DNA from: Thermodesulfobacteriota bacterium
GTDB lineage: Bacteria > Desulfobacterota_D > UBA1144 > Nemesobacterales > UBA2774
Direction of reading: 5' to 3'
NCBI GenBank assembly: GCA_965223335.1
Contig: OZ244991.1
Coordinates: forward strand, 256,001-320,000
Length of the DNA: 64,000 nt
A program made the position numbers and the translations under genes. The notes below the pieces were generated by a model. The model did not search any database and was not told the origin of the DNA. It saw only the letters and a list, made by a program, of their open reading frames with translations. This document shows, in pieces, positions 1-10,884 of the stretch (position 1 is the first letter of the stretch; the number at the start of each line of letters is the position of its first letter).

Positions 1-461
1 CCCTGGAACCAAGAGCCGTCCGCTCCCTTGTATACTCCAAATCCATGTGGCTCATTATTTTTAAAATTACCCTCGTACTTGCTGCCGTCGGCTTCGGTGT
101 ATATACCCTCGCCATGGAGAGTACTCGCTTTAAATTCTCCAATGTAGTGGTCGTAGCCGGCATCAACCAAATAGTACAACACCCCGTAACCGTTGGCTTT
201 TCCACCTTTCATCTCACCTTTAAAACGGGATATCAGTTTCCCGCCGTTAACAATACTAAGCACCCCCACCCCAGAGGCCTTGCCGTCCTCACATTCACCC
301 GACCAGCTAATTACATCACCTGTCTCGGTTTCACCATCCCACACTGCACAATCCGTAACCGGGTCTTTCACCCACACATCTTTGGCTACCGCTCCAGGCA
401 CAAAAAGTAACATTATTAACAATCCCAATAATTCAGTAACCACAACTCTCTGAATTCGCAT
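1..461 (-). CDS. Secreted MORN-repeat protein (runs off the window's left edge; missing from the ORF track)
   Basis: Hand translation of the minus strand from ATG at 461: MRIQRVVVTELLGLLIMLLFVPGAVAKDVWVKDPVTDCAVW...WSGECEDGKASGVG...YIGEFKASTLHGEGIYTEADGSKYEGNFKNNEPHGFGVY. It has a signal peptide, YxGxFxxxxxHGxG MORN repeats and a GGGGAGG RBS upstream. Confidence 0.85.
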   Translation of the reverse strand, partial: MRIQRVVVTELLGLLIMLLFVPGAVAKDVWVKDPVTDCAVWDGETETGDVISWSGECEDGKASGVGVLSIVNGGKLISRFKGEMKGGKANGYGVLYYLVDAGYDHYIGEFKASTLHGEGIYTEADGSKYEGNFKNNEPHGFGVYKGADGSWFQ

Positions 462-878
462 TACAAACCCCTCCCCAAAGGCCAAAATGAACCATTTATC
501 GTTATATTAGTAGTGCGGTTGAATACAGACATCCCAATGTAACTTCCTACCCCATGATTAGAGCACTAATTCAGAAAAAACTGATCTTTGATTTAAACAG
601 CTAAAGCACTGTTTGCTGTTGTCATCGTTAACAACTATTGATAGATAATATTCATAATCATTCATCAATAGTCAACAGGCGGCTGAGATTTACACACCAT
701 ACGACAAGAGTCGATCAGTAGATCCATAGATTAATTGGACGCACTGGTGTGTAGCAGAGATGATTATTATGAGACTGAGCTTGGCCCAATAAAGCGATTA
801 ACCGAATCCTAATTGGAGCTTTGAATTTATTATATTCACTATCTAAAATACAAGGGGGGTTATCTTCGACTATATAGA

Positions 879-2432
879 TCAAGAATGATGTTTCTTGAAC
901 TCTTCCTCAAATTTAGATGCCAGCTCATTTGCCTTTTGGTCGTATGAGGAAGGATCATCCCAGCTCTTTTTTGGCTCTAGGAGTTTAGCATCCACCCCAG
1001 GGCAGCTCGAAGGCACACTCAATCCAAACACTGGAACGTCTTTGAATTCCGTTTTGTCCAAGCTCCCGTCTATTGCTGCTCGCACGAGTGCTCTGGTCTG
1101 GGGCAGAGGCATCCTCTGGCCCACTCCATACGGACCACCCGTTATACCCGTGTTGAGCAGCCACACAGTAGCGTTAGTCTCCTCGAGTTTTTCCTTAAGC
1201 ATCTCTGCATAAAAAAGCGGCGGGCGCGGTAGGAATGGAGCGCCAAAGCAAGAGCTGAAAGTAGCCTGGGGCTCGCTAACACCCCGTTCGGTCCCTGCAA
1301 CCTTGGCGGTGTAGCCAAGGGTAAAATAGTACATAGCCTGCTCAGGGGTTAGTTTTGAGATCGGAGGAAGCACACCAAACGCATCATATGTAAGCATAAA
1401 TATTGTGTTGGGTACACCACCCACACCCTCGTTAATAATACTCGGGAGGTAGTGTATGGGATACGCTCCTCGAGTATTCTCTGTAAACTTATCACTGTCG
1501 AAATCTACTTTCTTAGTTTCGGGGTCTATCTCTACGTTCTCTAACACAGAGCCGAACTTAAGCGAAGCGTCATAGATTTCGGGCTCTGTTTCGGGGTTCA
1601 ATTTTATGACTTTAGCATAGCAACCGCCCTCAAAATTGAACACACCGTTATCGAACCATCCATGTTCGTCGTCTCCTATTAATGCACGGTCGGGGTCTGC
1701 TGACAGGGTGGTCTTCCCGGTACCCGAAAGTCCGAAAAAGAGCGCCACTCCCTTATCATCCCCCACATTTGCCGAGCAATGCATTGGGAACACACCCCTT
1801 TCGGGCAAAAGAAAATTAAGCGCTGTGAACACTGACTTTTTCATCTCGCCCGCGTAACGAGTACCCCCCACTATTGCAATCCGTTTAGCAAAGTTAAGTA
1901 CAATAAAAGTTTCTGATCTGGTCCCGTCGGTGGCGGGATCGGCCTTTAACCCGGGTGCAGAAATCACCGTGAACCCTAGTTCTTTATGGGGCAGATCCTC
2001 GAGCTCGGGCCTAATGAACAAATTGTTTACAAAAACATTATGCCAAGCATATTCGCTAATAACTCTTACAGGTTTACGGTATTCAGGGTGAGCACATACA
2101 TAGAGGTCTCTAACAAATATGTCCTTGCCCTCAAAATACTTTGTAATTTTGTTGTAAAGTGCGTCGAAATGCTCGGGAGCAATAGGTTTATTGATATTAC
2201 CCCACAGAATTTTGTCTTCTGTACCCGGCTCTTTAACTATAAATCTATCGGCGGGTGATCTACCAGTATGAGGAGCAGTATAGGCTACCAGTGTTCCGTT
2301 TTCAGCTATCTCGCCTTCTCCCCTCTTAATAACCTCTTCATAGAGTGCGGGTATGGGATAGTTATAATAAATATTTCCGGGATTCGATATCCCATGCTGT
2401 GCGGAAAGCTGCTCCGAAGTTAACTTTGGCAT
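879..2432 (-). CDS. pckA: Phosphoenolpyruvate carboxykinase (ATP)
   Basis: Motifs HTGRSPADRFIV, YAGEMKKS, FFGLSGTGKTTLS, LIGDDEHGW, NFEGGCYAK. Confidence 0.97.
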   Translation of the reverse strand: MPKLTSEQLSAQHGISNPGNIYYNYPIPALYEEVIKRGEGEIAENGTLVAYTAPHTGRSPADRFIVKEPGTEDKILWGNINKPIAPEHFDALYNKITKYFEGKDIFVRDLYVCAHPEYRKPVRVISEYAWHNVFVNNLFIRPELEDLPHKELGFTVISAPGLKADPATDGTRSETFIVLNFAKRIAIVGGTRYAGEMKKSVFTALNFLLPERGVFPMHCSANVGDDKGVALFFGLSGTGKTTLSADPDRALIGDDEHGWFDNGVFNFEGGCYAKVIKLNPETEPEIYDASLKFGSVLENVEIDPETKKVDFDSDKFTENTRGAYPIHYLPSIINEGVGGVPNTIFMLTYDAFGVLPPISKLTPEQAMYYFTLGYTAKVAGTERGVSEPQATFSSCFGAPFLPRPPLFYAEMLKEKLEETNATVWLLNTGITGGPYGVGQRMPLPQTRALVRAAIDGSLDKTEFKDVPVFGLSVPSSCPGVDAKLLEPKKSWDDPSSYDQKANELASKFEEEFKKHHS

Positions 2433-2907
2433 GATAGTAGATAACCTCCGTCATAAAATCTTTATCTGTTAGTTTCGGTTTGAATTTTTGATTAGAGCAT
2501 ACAAGACTATACAAAATATTCACGTTTTCAAGAACTCCTCACGTTACCCCCCGCAAACACACAACTAATAATTAACCTGAGCAGACGCTAGAGACAGGCA
2601 CGTCAAAACATTTAGTTGATTATTTAAATGAGCTCATATCTCGAACCGGCTCGACTTAAAAGTGCCAAAGCTCATATCGGTCGTTAGTTATTGATGGGCA
2701 CGTTAAATCGGGTAAAAAAATATATTGCTATGTTATATATACTATTAATATTATATGTGTATAATCGATGTTAATGCGTAAATATATATTAGGTAACGTA
2801 ACGACCTGGGTTTATTTGACCGAGCCCGATTCGTATGATAGATTGTTTGGTATCGACGCTACTTGTGGCGAGGGAGTTTTTAGCAGTTCACGGGAGTTTA
2901 ATAAAAA

Positions 2908-3405
2908 ATGTTTAAGGTCGGAAATAAAGCTGTTTACCCTGCACATGGCGTTGTAAATATCAAAGGTATTGAATCCAAAGAAATCCGCGGCACAAAGAAA
3001 GACTTCTACATACTTAAGGTTGTAGACAGTGACGTCACGGTGCTGGTCCCCACAGACAACGCAGAAACGGTCGGGTTAAGACCTGTTATTTCTAAACGCC
3101 AGATCACAAAGATTTACAAAATTTTAAAAGCAAAAGACAAAGTCAACGGCCCTGGGAACGGCAACCAGAGCTGGAACAAACGCTATCGCGAATATGCCGA
3201 TAAGCTAAAGAGCGGTGATATTTTTGAAGTAGCCAATGTGCTTCGCGACATCAACATGCTTCAAACCGAAAAAGAGCTCTCCTTTGGGGAAAAGCGGATC
3301 ATGGACTCTGCCAGAAACCTGCTGGTTAAAGAGATCTCCATTGCCAAAAAACTGGAAGAAGAGTCAGTCATAAAAGAGATCGAAAAACTCCTTAGCCAAC
3401 TCTAA
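2908..3405 (+). CDS. carD: CarD family transcriptional regulator
   Basis: FKVGNKAVYPAHGV N-terminus, GLRPVI, WNKRYRE, LSFGEK motifs. Confidence 0.93.
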   Translation: MFKVGNKAVYPAHGVVNIKGIESKEIRGTKKDFYILKVVDSDVTVLVPTDNAETVGLRPVISKRQITKIYKILKAKDKVNGPGNGNQSWNKRYREYADKLKSGDIFEVANVLRDINMLQTEKELSFGEKRIMDSARNLLVKEISIAKKLEEESVIKEIEKLLSQL

Positions 3406-3441
3406 GACCATAACTCTCGGCCCCCTGAAATTAACCTGTCT

Positions 3442-4314
3442 ATGTTAAAAACCATTATAGACACCGAAGCAGCCCTCAGACTAAAAGGGTTTTCTTTTAT
3501 AGTTCCCTCCAGAGTTAAAGGCCAAAAAGCCGGTATTCACAAGAGCTATTACAAGGGCAGTAGCCCCAATTTTATGGAGTATAAGGAATACAACAGCGGG
3601 GAAGATATAAAGCAGATCGACTGGCGGCTTTACGGCAGGCTCGACCGCCTCTACGTAAGGAACTACGAGGACGAGGTTAACCTCATCTGGAATCTGCTTG
3701 TGGATACCACAGCATCTATGGGTTACGGTGAAGAGGGCAATACTAAACTGGATTATGCCAAAACACTGGCCGGCACATTGACATACCTGCTTTTAAAACA
3801 GGGCGATGCAGTCGGGATTATGGACATAGGTTCAAACGACTCTCACTTCATATCGCCCCGAGCCGGGATGGGCCACATAAACCCTATTGTGGACAAATTA
3901 GAGATCACGCGCGCAAGCGGCTCAACCGACCTCTACAAATCGGTACTAAAATCACTCGAGGTATTTAGAGCCAATAGCGCGATCGTCATATTCTCTGACC
4001 TATTAACCGAAATTACAGAACTTGAAAACTCGTTTAATTTACTAAAGGCTTCAAAGAAAGATGTGTTTATTTTCCACATTCTTCATCGTGACGAGATTGA
4101 GTTCGAGTTTAACGGGGCGCTTGAATTTCACGACATGGAAGACCACCGTAAACTCATTGTAGATACTGAGAGTATAAGAAATACTTATAAGTCTAAGATT
4201 ATGAACTTTGTAAACGAGATAAAAGAGCTCTGCTATCAATCCGGGTTTACCTATGTGCTCACCTCACCCCATAGACCCGTAGAGGATAGCCTGATTGAAA
4301 TTGCATATAAATAG
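3442..4314 (+). CDS. DUF58 domain protein (vWA-like, MoxR-associated family)
   Basis: G.HKS..KG.S..F.EYKEY..GEDIKQIDW motif, VDTTASM, FSDL. Confidence 0.9.
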   Translation: MLKTIIDTEAALRLKGFSFIVPSRVKGQKAGIHKSYYKGSSPNFMEYKEYNSGEDIKQIDWRLYGRLDRLYVRNYEDEVNLIWNLLVDTTASMGYGEEGNTKLDYAKTLAGTLTYLLLKQGDAVGIMDIGSNDSHFISPRAGMGHINPIVDKLEITRASGSTDLYKSVLKSLEVFRANSAIVIFSDLLTEITELENSFNLLKASKKDVFIFHILHRDEIEFEFNGALEFHDMEDHRKLIVDTESIRNTYKSKIMNFVNEIKELCYQSGFTYVLTSPHRPVEDSLIEIAYK

Positions 4315-4323
4315 AGAGTCAAA

Positions 4324-6273
4324 TTGAACTTAACGTTTTTAAGTCCATACTTTTTGTTGGGTCTCTTGGGAGTAGCCCTCCCCATCATAGCGCACCTTAT
4401 TTCCAGAAAGAGTGCGGGGAAAAAGGAGTTCCCATCCTTAATGTTTCTCTTTGCTTCATCGGGCACAGCTGCCAGGACCTCTAGGCTAAAGGACTTCCTT
4501 TTGCTTTTACTGAGGTCGCTCATATTAGTAGCGCTCGTAGTGGTATTCGCAAGGCCGGCTTTATTTTCGTATTCTACTCGACCCGGGGACTCGCCGAAAA
4601 CATTGGCTATCGTAATAGACAACTCCTTTAGCATGCAGTACGCAGATAATTTCAAGAAGGCTAAAAAGAGCGCAAGAGAGGCTATAGACAGCCTTGCAGA
4701 CGGGAGCTTCGTAGCAGTTGCGGGACTTGTGCCAACCTCATCGGAAAAACTAGTGCTCACAAACAACAGGAGAGATATGCACGATCAACTGGAGGCCCTA
4801 ACACTCTCAAACACCTATACGGATAATGAAAAAAGGATCCTCGATGTCATTAATGTTATCGGGCAGAGCAAAACCGAGAACAAAGAGCTTTTACTTATTA
4901 CAGACATGCAAAAAAACGGGTGGGGAACCTCACACATTGAGCACGAATGGTTCTCTATTGAGGATATAACAGATGGGAAAAAGCTAAACAATATTGCTGT
5001 TACAGACGCAAGCGCTCTGGCGGTGCGCGATGAATTGAGTTTATCGGTAGAACTATCGAGTTATTCAGATAATGCTATATCCGACGTACTCCTTACCGCT
5101 AGAGTCGGTGGAGAGGAACTTAAGAGCATCATCAATCTTGAGCCAAATAACAATAGCGTAACAATTTTTACACTGGCCCCGGACAATAAACTTTCCGACA
5201 CACTACACTCGGGGACCGCAACTATCCCAAACGACCAGCTTACAATCGATGACTCAAGGTATTTCTCCATAACCCCGGGACCCAACCAACAAGTGCTCGT
5301 AGTGGACGGGGACCCAAGCGAAGACCCGAGACTCGCCGAGACATACTATCTTGAACAGGCGGTAAGGACACTTTCCGAAACCAATAATACCACTGTAAGA
5401 GTAAAGGATAGCGCCGGGTTTCTAAAAGACAGCTTTGCACAATACAGCACGATAATTTTGGCAAACGTATCGGATATAACACCCGAAAAATCTAAAAAAC
5501 TTGAGCAGTTTATCCTAAACGGCGGCACTTTAATCACATTCCTCGGCAACCAGACACGCAGCAACTCCTACAATGTGCTGCTCGGGGGAATTCTGCCCGG
5601 GGATTTGGCAACTACCATCGACAGACCATCCGGCCTGCTAAGCAATGAAAATTACAGTAAAGAGCTCGAAGACAAACTACAAAGCGTACAAGTACAAAAG
5701 ATGTTTGAGCTCATACCGTCTCAAAACACCCAGGTGCTAATCACCGCAACGGACAAAAAACCATTCCTAGCTAAAAAAACAATAGGCATGGGCACCTCCG
5801 TACTCTTCACATCCTCCGCATCTACGAAGTGGAACAACTTTGCCATTACTCCCGTATTCCTGCCCGTTTTAGCCAATATCCTAAACCCGAAAAACAGTGT
5901 CGCGGACTCTACCGACAACTACTTGGTAGGGGGGAAAATAAAAATCATGTTGTCACCGGAATCAAAACGCACAGTTGTAATCGATCCAAACGGCCGAGAG
6001 CACGAGATCTCTCGGGAGAACAACTATTTTTCAAATACATCCCAACCCGGTCTATATAGCGTCGTTGAGGACGACGAACTGAGCTACGAATTCCCTATAA
6101 ATGTGGACACTAGAGAATCAAACCTCGCGAAACTAGAGATCATACCCCAACCCCCCAGAATCGAACAACGCGGTAAACGCGTTAAGGTCTATAAAGAGAT
6201 ATGGTCATACTTCCTTTGGATAGCACTTGTGTTGTTTGCGACGGAATCAGTCTGCCGGGCGGTCGTCAAATAA
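4324..6273 (+). CDS. BatA N-terminal + vWA domain membrane protein
   Basis: FLSPYFLLGLLGVALPIIAHL...LLLLLR...FARP (BatA), IVIDNSFSM MIDAS motif, LITDMQ, C-terminal TM helix. Confidence 0.88.
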   Translation: MNLTFLSPYFLLGLLGVALPIIAHLISRKSAGKKEFPSLMFLFASSGTAARTSRLKDFLLLLLRSLILVALVVVFARPALFSYSTRPGDSPKTLAIVIDNSFSMQYADNFKKAKKSAREAIDSLADGSFVAVAGLVPTSSEKLVLTNNRRDMHDQLEALTLSNTYTDNEKRILDVINVIGQSKTENKELLLITDMQKNGWGTSHIEHEWFSIEDITDGKKLNNIAVTDASALAVRDELSLSVELSSYSDNAISDVLLTARVGGEELKSIINLEPNNNSVTIFTLAPDNKLSDTLHSGTATIPNDQLTIDDSRYFSITPGPNQQVLVVDGDPSEDPRLAETYYLEQAVRTLSETNNTTVRVKDSAGFLKDSFAQYSTIILANVSDITPEKSKKLEQFILNGGTLITFLGNQTRSNSYNVLLGGILPGDLATTIDRPSGLLSNENYSKELEDKLQSVQVQKMFELIPSQNTQVLITATDKKPFLAKKTIGMGTSVLFTSSASTKWNNFAITPVFLPVLANILNPKNSVADSTDNYLVGGKIKIMLSPESKRTVVIDPNGREHEISRENNYFSNTSQPGLYSVVEDDELSYEFPINVDTRESNLAKLEIIPQPPRIEQRGKRVKVYKEIWSYFLWIALVLFATESVCRAVVK

Positions 6274-6284
6274 ACGCGTACACT

Positions 6285-7694
6285 CTATACTATGCCCTCG
6301 CCGTCTATCCCCTGCGGCACCTCTTTCCCAAGCAGTTTTAAGATTGTGGGATAAACGTCCACAGTCCTCGCATGAGATACTTTCACCTTGGTGCTGATTG
6401 CGAGTGGCACCAGCATATGGTCTCGCAACAACGCTCCGTGCGACGACCTGTGTTCCGGTTTTTCGTGCTTAGCCCTCAGATCGTATCCATGCGCCGCACT
6501 GATGATCAGGTCACCCGACCTTCGGGATTCCAGTAACTGAATAATCTGAAGCAAAGCGTCCGGATATTCCGTGTCTATCGTTTTATCCAGGCACTCTTGG
6601 GTGCTAAGCCTGTGCGGCAATCCGTTGTAACCGAATGGGTCAGACTTAATTTTACGGTAATTTAATCTGCCGTCGCTATCGATGCTTAGAGTCGCCTCCC
6701 CCCGCTTGCTCTTAATCCATGTAGTACCGTCATGGTCCGTCCCAGCCACTATATCGATCTCCCTTCGGTTAACCAACCCCTCTACAACAGGGTTTAGCTC
6801 CTCGAACGTAGACCTACGTCCCCACCCGTCGGGGCTCTTGAAATAGAGGTGTGCCATGGCATTGCCCGAAACCATCACAGACGCCGATGCATTCAAATAG
6901 TGCTTAAACACATTTGGGTAGTATAGGGTTTTATAACCCTTAGTTTTTAGAAACTCCACGCAGTCAAAATGAGAGTGGGTCTGGGTAAGGCCATGGTCAC
7001 TCGCAATGACAAACAGTGTTTCATCGAGCTTGCCCAGGGACTTTAACTTCTGGGCTACACGCCCTATTGATTGGTCGAGCCTGATATAAGAATCCACAAC
7101 ATTTCTATGAAACGGATGTGTGATATGCGAATATGTATCAATCCCTAAAAACACAGCATAAAGGAAATCAGGCCCTAAATTTAGAGATTTGATAAGAATC
7201 TCGAGCGCAGATTCATCCACCTCGTTTGTGCGCTCGGTAAAATGGCTCTTAATCTTATAATAAATCTTTTTTACCTTGGTTTTATCGGCACCGAAACTCA
7301 CGCCCCGAGAGAGCTCGTTTAATATACTCTTACTATGCGGGATCAACTCAAATATAGAACCCGAGTCCCCTAGGACATCTCGGTTCATAAAATAGGCCCC
7401 GGGTCCTATATAGCTCCTAAACCGCTTTAGAGAAAACACCTTGCTGTGGTACTCATAGCGATCGAACCATCTAATCCCAGGGAACTCACACCGCCCCGGA
7501 AACTTCCCAAACACATAAGGCGCATAAGCAGGCCCCGTAGTAGAAGGAAAGACCGATACGGCATTTAAATACGACCCTTTATCCACTATATACCGAGATA
7601 TATTGGGCAGGTCCCCATTCTTAAGCAGCTCTGAAAACAGGTCGGCCCTAGCCCCATCGGCCATAATAAAAATACAGCTCTTAAATTTCTTCAT
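6285..7694 (-). CDS. Alkaline phosphatase superfamily (nucleotide pyrophosphatase/phosphodiesterase-like) enzyme
   Basis: MADGAR, SVFPSTTGPAY, DTYSH, ASDHG and SSHG metal/catalytic motifs. Confidence 0.85.
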   Translation of the reverse strand: MKKFKSCIFIMADGARADLFSELLKNGDLPNISRYIVDKGSYLNAVSVFPSTTGPAYAPYVFGKFPGRCEFPGIRWFDRYEYHSKVFSLKRFRSYIGPGAYFMNRDVLGDSGSIFELIPHSKSILNELSRGVSFGADKTKVKKIYYKIKSHFTERTNEVDESALEILIKSLNLGPDFLYAVFLGIDTYSHITHPFHRNVVDSYIRLDQSIGRVAQKLKSLGKLDETLFVIASDHGLTQTHSHFDCVEFLKTKGYKTLYYPNVFKHYLNASASVMVSGNAMAHLYFKSPDGWGRRSTFEELNPVVEGLVNRREIDIVAGTDHDGTTWIKSKRGEATLSIDSDGRLNYRKIKSDPFGYNGLPHRLSTQECLDKTIDTEYPDALLQIIQLLESRRSGDLIISAAHGYDLRAKHEKPEHRSSHGALLRDHMLVPLAISTKVKVSHARTVDVYPTILKLLGKEVPQGIDGEGIV

Positions 7695-7722
7695 ATAACG
7701 TCCTCAAGATTTCGGGCTTGTG

Positions 7723-10506
7723 TTATTGCTGAAAATACTTGTCGTATATCTCTCTGATCTTATTGGTTTTTTCCACGTACTTATCTCTCAACATAGCACT
7801 TTGGTCAGTGCCGTCTTTCTCGATTCTAAGCTTGGAAAAATCACTGTCCTTAAGCTCGTTTATAGAGCGGTTATGAAGCAGCCTAAGTAGATTCTCGAGC
7901 TTTTTGAGGAACTCTAGCCCCTCTCTAAGTATCGAGTACTCTCTATCGCTGATGAATTCCCCTTCATAAAGAGCTGTGAGTGCAGCCAGGGTGTTTTGGC
8001 GCCTTATCTTTTTATTCTCGCGCCCGTATTTCAACTGTAGCATCTGCACCAGGAACTCAATATCCACCAGCCCTCCCCTGCCGGTTTTCAAATTGCGTTT
8101 GCTGGTGCTTTCCTTGGCGATCTCCACCTCCATACGCTTGCGCAGCCTGTCGATCTCCAGGTGATAATCCTCAGCTAAGGGCTTTGTGTATACAAATCTG
8201 TTTACCGTCCTCATCACTTTTTTGCCCAATTCAATATCACCTGCCACCGGTGCCGCACGGATAAGGGCCTGACGCTCCCAGAGCTTAGCCTCTTTATTGT
8301 GATAGTTCTTAAAAGAATCAAACGAGGTCACAAGAGCCCCTGAGCGTCCCGAGGGACGTAGGTCCATATCGATCTTATACGCATACCCCTCGCCCGTGGG
8401 CACAGACAAGATCGAGATCAGCCTCTGTCCCAGTTTCGAGTAATACTCGTGATCATCCCCCTCATAGATCATGATAACATCGAGGTCGGAATTATAGCTC
8501 ATCTCTTTACCGCCCAGCTTACCCATCCCGAGGATCATCATGTCGTGACGCTGGGTTTTCTTGTATGGTTTTTTCCCCACCAGCTCATAGGCCATAACAA
8601 GCCCTGCTTCGAGAATAGATTCCGCCAGTATTGCCAGGTAGTTACCGACATAAAACGGGTCCACCTCGTTGTTAAGGTCCCTAAGACAAATTTTCAGGGT
8701 CTCTACGTAACGGAATCTCCTCAATGTGTCGAGTTTATTTTCATAGTCCTGTTCTTGATTAAGGCTCTCCATCAGGCTCTGCATGAGCTCGTCTTTAGTC
8801 TTAAATTCAGTGCGTACATCTCTAAGCGTAAGTAGGTCCAGGTACTCGGGATGACGTATTAAAAAATTAGACAGGTAACCGCTGGTTGAGAACAGTTTTG
8901 ACAATAGCTCAATGATTTCGGGGTTTTCTGAGAGCACAGAATATATAGAAGTACGCCAACCTATCCCCGATATAAACCTCTCGAGGTTGACAATTGCAGA
9001 GTCAGGCTCTGAGGACTTAAGAATATTTGCAAGAAACGCAGGTACCACGCGCCTAGTCGAGGTCCTGCCCTCCTGAGTGAGTGCACCCCTCCGGGGATCG
9101 AGCAGTATAGATATCAGTTCCAGAGCAAGCACAGGGTTTTGAAAACCCAGGTTGGCGAGGCTCTCAATTGCCTGCTCCTCATCTATGTTGCCTTCTGTAA
9201 GGAAGTCGGCAATCTCCCAAAACTCCTTTCCAATCTCCTCTGTTTTACTCGAGGGCTCGTGGAAGAGGCTTTTATATACACGCGTGACCTCTCGGGTGTG
9301 ATCCTTCATTGCACTCTGAAACTCTTTGGTGGACGGGTAACCGCAACGTTTAGCCAGATGATCCAGTTCTGTGCTGTCCGTGGGTATTTTATGGGTCTGT
9401 ATCTCATCGGCAAGCTGTATGGAATGCTCCACCCTTCTGAGGAATATGTAAGATCTCGCGAGTGATTCTCTCACATCGCTATCCACTATGCCTACTCGTT
9501 CTAGCTTATCCAATACTTTTAATGTATTTGTTCCCCTAATCTGTTTTATCTCTCCGCCGTTTACAAGCTGGAGAGCCTGCACAAAAAACTCGATCTCCCT
9601 TATCCCTCCTTTCCCGAGCTTTACGTCCCTAATTTTTTTCAACTGATCGAGTTTAGTCTTCATGTCCTTTAGGTCCTCGATCGAGCTAAAATCCAGATGC
9701 TTTTTATAAACAAAGGGTTCGATTTCGGTTACAAACTCCTCCCCCAGCGAAAGCTCTCCGGCAACAGGCCTTGTCTTTATCAGTGCCGCACGCTCCCATG
9801 TATCCCCCCAGTAATAGTAGTGCTCTATTGCGCCCTCGACATGTATAGCAATAGCACTCTTATTCCCCCCGGGACGCAGTCCCAAGTCAACCCTATAGAG
9901 AAACCTATCTTCGGTGATTGAGGCAAGGCTCTTGGTTATCCTCTCGGCAAGTTTAAAAAAAACATCCGGCTCCCCTCGATCCCTAAAAAGATATATAAGA
10001 TCGATATCCGAGCTTAAATTAAGCTCCCTGCCTCCGAGTTTGCCCATCCCGAGCACCACAAACTCACCTTGGCTTTCGGAATCCAGTTCGTTGCTGTGGT
10101 ACCTATACAGTGCCTCCACCATAGCCGAGGCAAGGTCAGAGAGCTCCTCCATCACCCCCGTAAACGAGCCCGGGTCCCTGATATCGTTATATATAATCCG
10201 TGTGAGCTCTGTGTATTTATAGCGTCTTAGACACGCCATCACCTCATCTGTGCTGCGTGAATTTTTACAAAGCGTCGTCGCTTCTTTCGTAAACACAGCA
10301 TGAGTTTTTTTTGGCTTAGTGCCGTTTAGTTTAACAACAGTTTTCGCAATCTCAGGGTAGTTAACTAGGACCCTGCTCAAAAAGTTGCTGTGGGAAGATA
10401 CGGTGTAGAGCAGCTCTTTTACTTTTTTGCTTACTCTACCGTTTAGCTCTTTGTACTGCTCTATTGTAGAATCAGCAATAGCTGCGTTTGGGGCTAAATT
10501 ATTCAA
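7723..10506 (-). CDS. glnE: Bifunctional glutamine synthetase adenylyltransferase/adenylyl-removing enzyme
   Basis: Two GMGKLGG.E....SD.D nucleotidyltransferase motifs, RVDLGLRP/IDMDLRP, WER.ALI, KLGKGGIREIEF. Confidence 0.96.
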   Translation of the reverse strand: MNNLAPNAAIADSTIEQYKELNGRVSKKVKELLYTVSSHSNFLSRVLVNYPEIAKTVVKLNGTKPKKTHAVFTKEATTLCKNSRSTDEVMACLRRYKYTELTRIIYNDIRDPGSFTGVMEELSDLASAMVEALYRYHSNELDSESQGEFVVLGMGKLGGRELNLSSDIDLIYLFRDRGEPDVFFKLAERITKSLASITEDRFLYRVDLGLRPGGNKSAIAIHVEGAIEHYYYWGDTWERAALIKTRPVAGELSLGEEFVTEIEPFVYKKHLDFSSIEDLKDMKTKLDQLKKIRDVKLGKGGIREIEFFVQALQLVNGGEIKQIRGTNTLKVLDKLERVGIVDSDVRESLARSYIFLRRVEHSIQLADEIQTHKIPTDSTELDHLAKRCGYPSTKEFQSAMKDHTREVTRVYKSLFHEPSSKTEEIGKEFWEIADFLTEGNIDEEQAIESLANLGFQNPVLALELISILLDPRRGALTQEGRTSTRRVVPAFLANILKSSEPDSAIVNLERFISGIGWRTSIYSVLSENPEIIELLSKLFSTSGYLSNFLIRHPEYLDLLTLRDVRTEFKTKDELMQSLMESLNQEQDYENKLDTLRRFRYVETLKICLRDLNNEVDPFYVGNYLAILAESILEAGLVMAYELVGKKPYKKTQRHDMMILGMGKLGGKEMSYNSDLDVIMIYEGDDHEYYSKLGQRLISILSVPTGEGYAYKIDMDLRPSGRSGALVTSFDSFKNYHNKEAKLWERQALIRAAPVAGDIELGKKVMRTVNRFVYTKPLAEDYHLEIDRLRKRMEVEIAKESTSKRNLKTGRGGLVDIEFLVQMLQLKYGRENKKIRRQNTLAALTALYEGEFISDREYSILREGLEFLKKLENLLRLLHNRSINELKDSDFSKLRIEKDGTDQSAMLRDKYVEKTNKIREIYDKYFQQ

Positions 10507-10810
10507 CGTCTATTTTCCTGTTGCGCTTTGAACCCCTCTTCGGTTTCTTTGTACGGGACCGCTCTTTTTCATCCAAATTATCCCGGATCTCTTTTACGAC
10601 CTCAAATCCCCTTTCCATCATCTTAATCGGAAAATCGCGCACAAACTTCCTACCCTCCTTATCGTCGAGCAGATTCTTTACCCCTTTTATCGCATAACCG
10701 GTGGCGACAACCAACTCGGCAGCCCCCATAATGAAATGCTCGCCTGCTTTTCCGAGATCCTGCAGATCCACATCGCCATTACTATCGTTTTTGGTTCTTT
10801 TAGTCTTCAT
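10499..10810 (-). CDS. Hypothetical protein
   Basis: ATG with GGAGG RBS; sits between priA and glnE on the same strand and overlaps the glnE start. Confidence 0.7.
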   Translation of the reverse strand: MKTKRTKNDSNGDVDLQDLGKAGEHFIMGAAELVVATGYAIKGVKNLLDDKEGRKFVRDFPIKMMERGFEVVKEIRDNLDEKERSRTKKPKRGSKRNRKIDVE

Positions 10811-10884
10811 AACCCCTCCCCTAAACGATGGATTTAACCGCTATACCTAAAATACTACCATATCAAAACAAGCTCTTTAGGCAG

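Noticed and set aside
45..453. Plus-strand ORFs 45-410 and 193-453
   Set aside because: Shadow ORFs of the minus-strand MORN-repeat gene.
2620..2900. Possible riboswitch/ncRNA between pckA and carD (repeated AGCTCATATC)
   Set aside because: No recognisable RNA family motif or convincing structure by eye; an Rfam search is needed.
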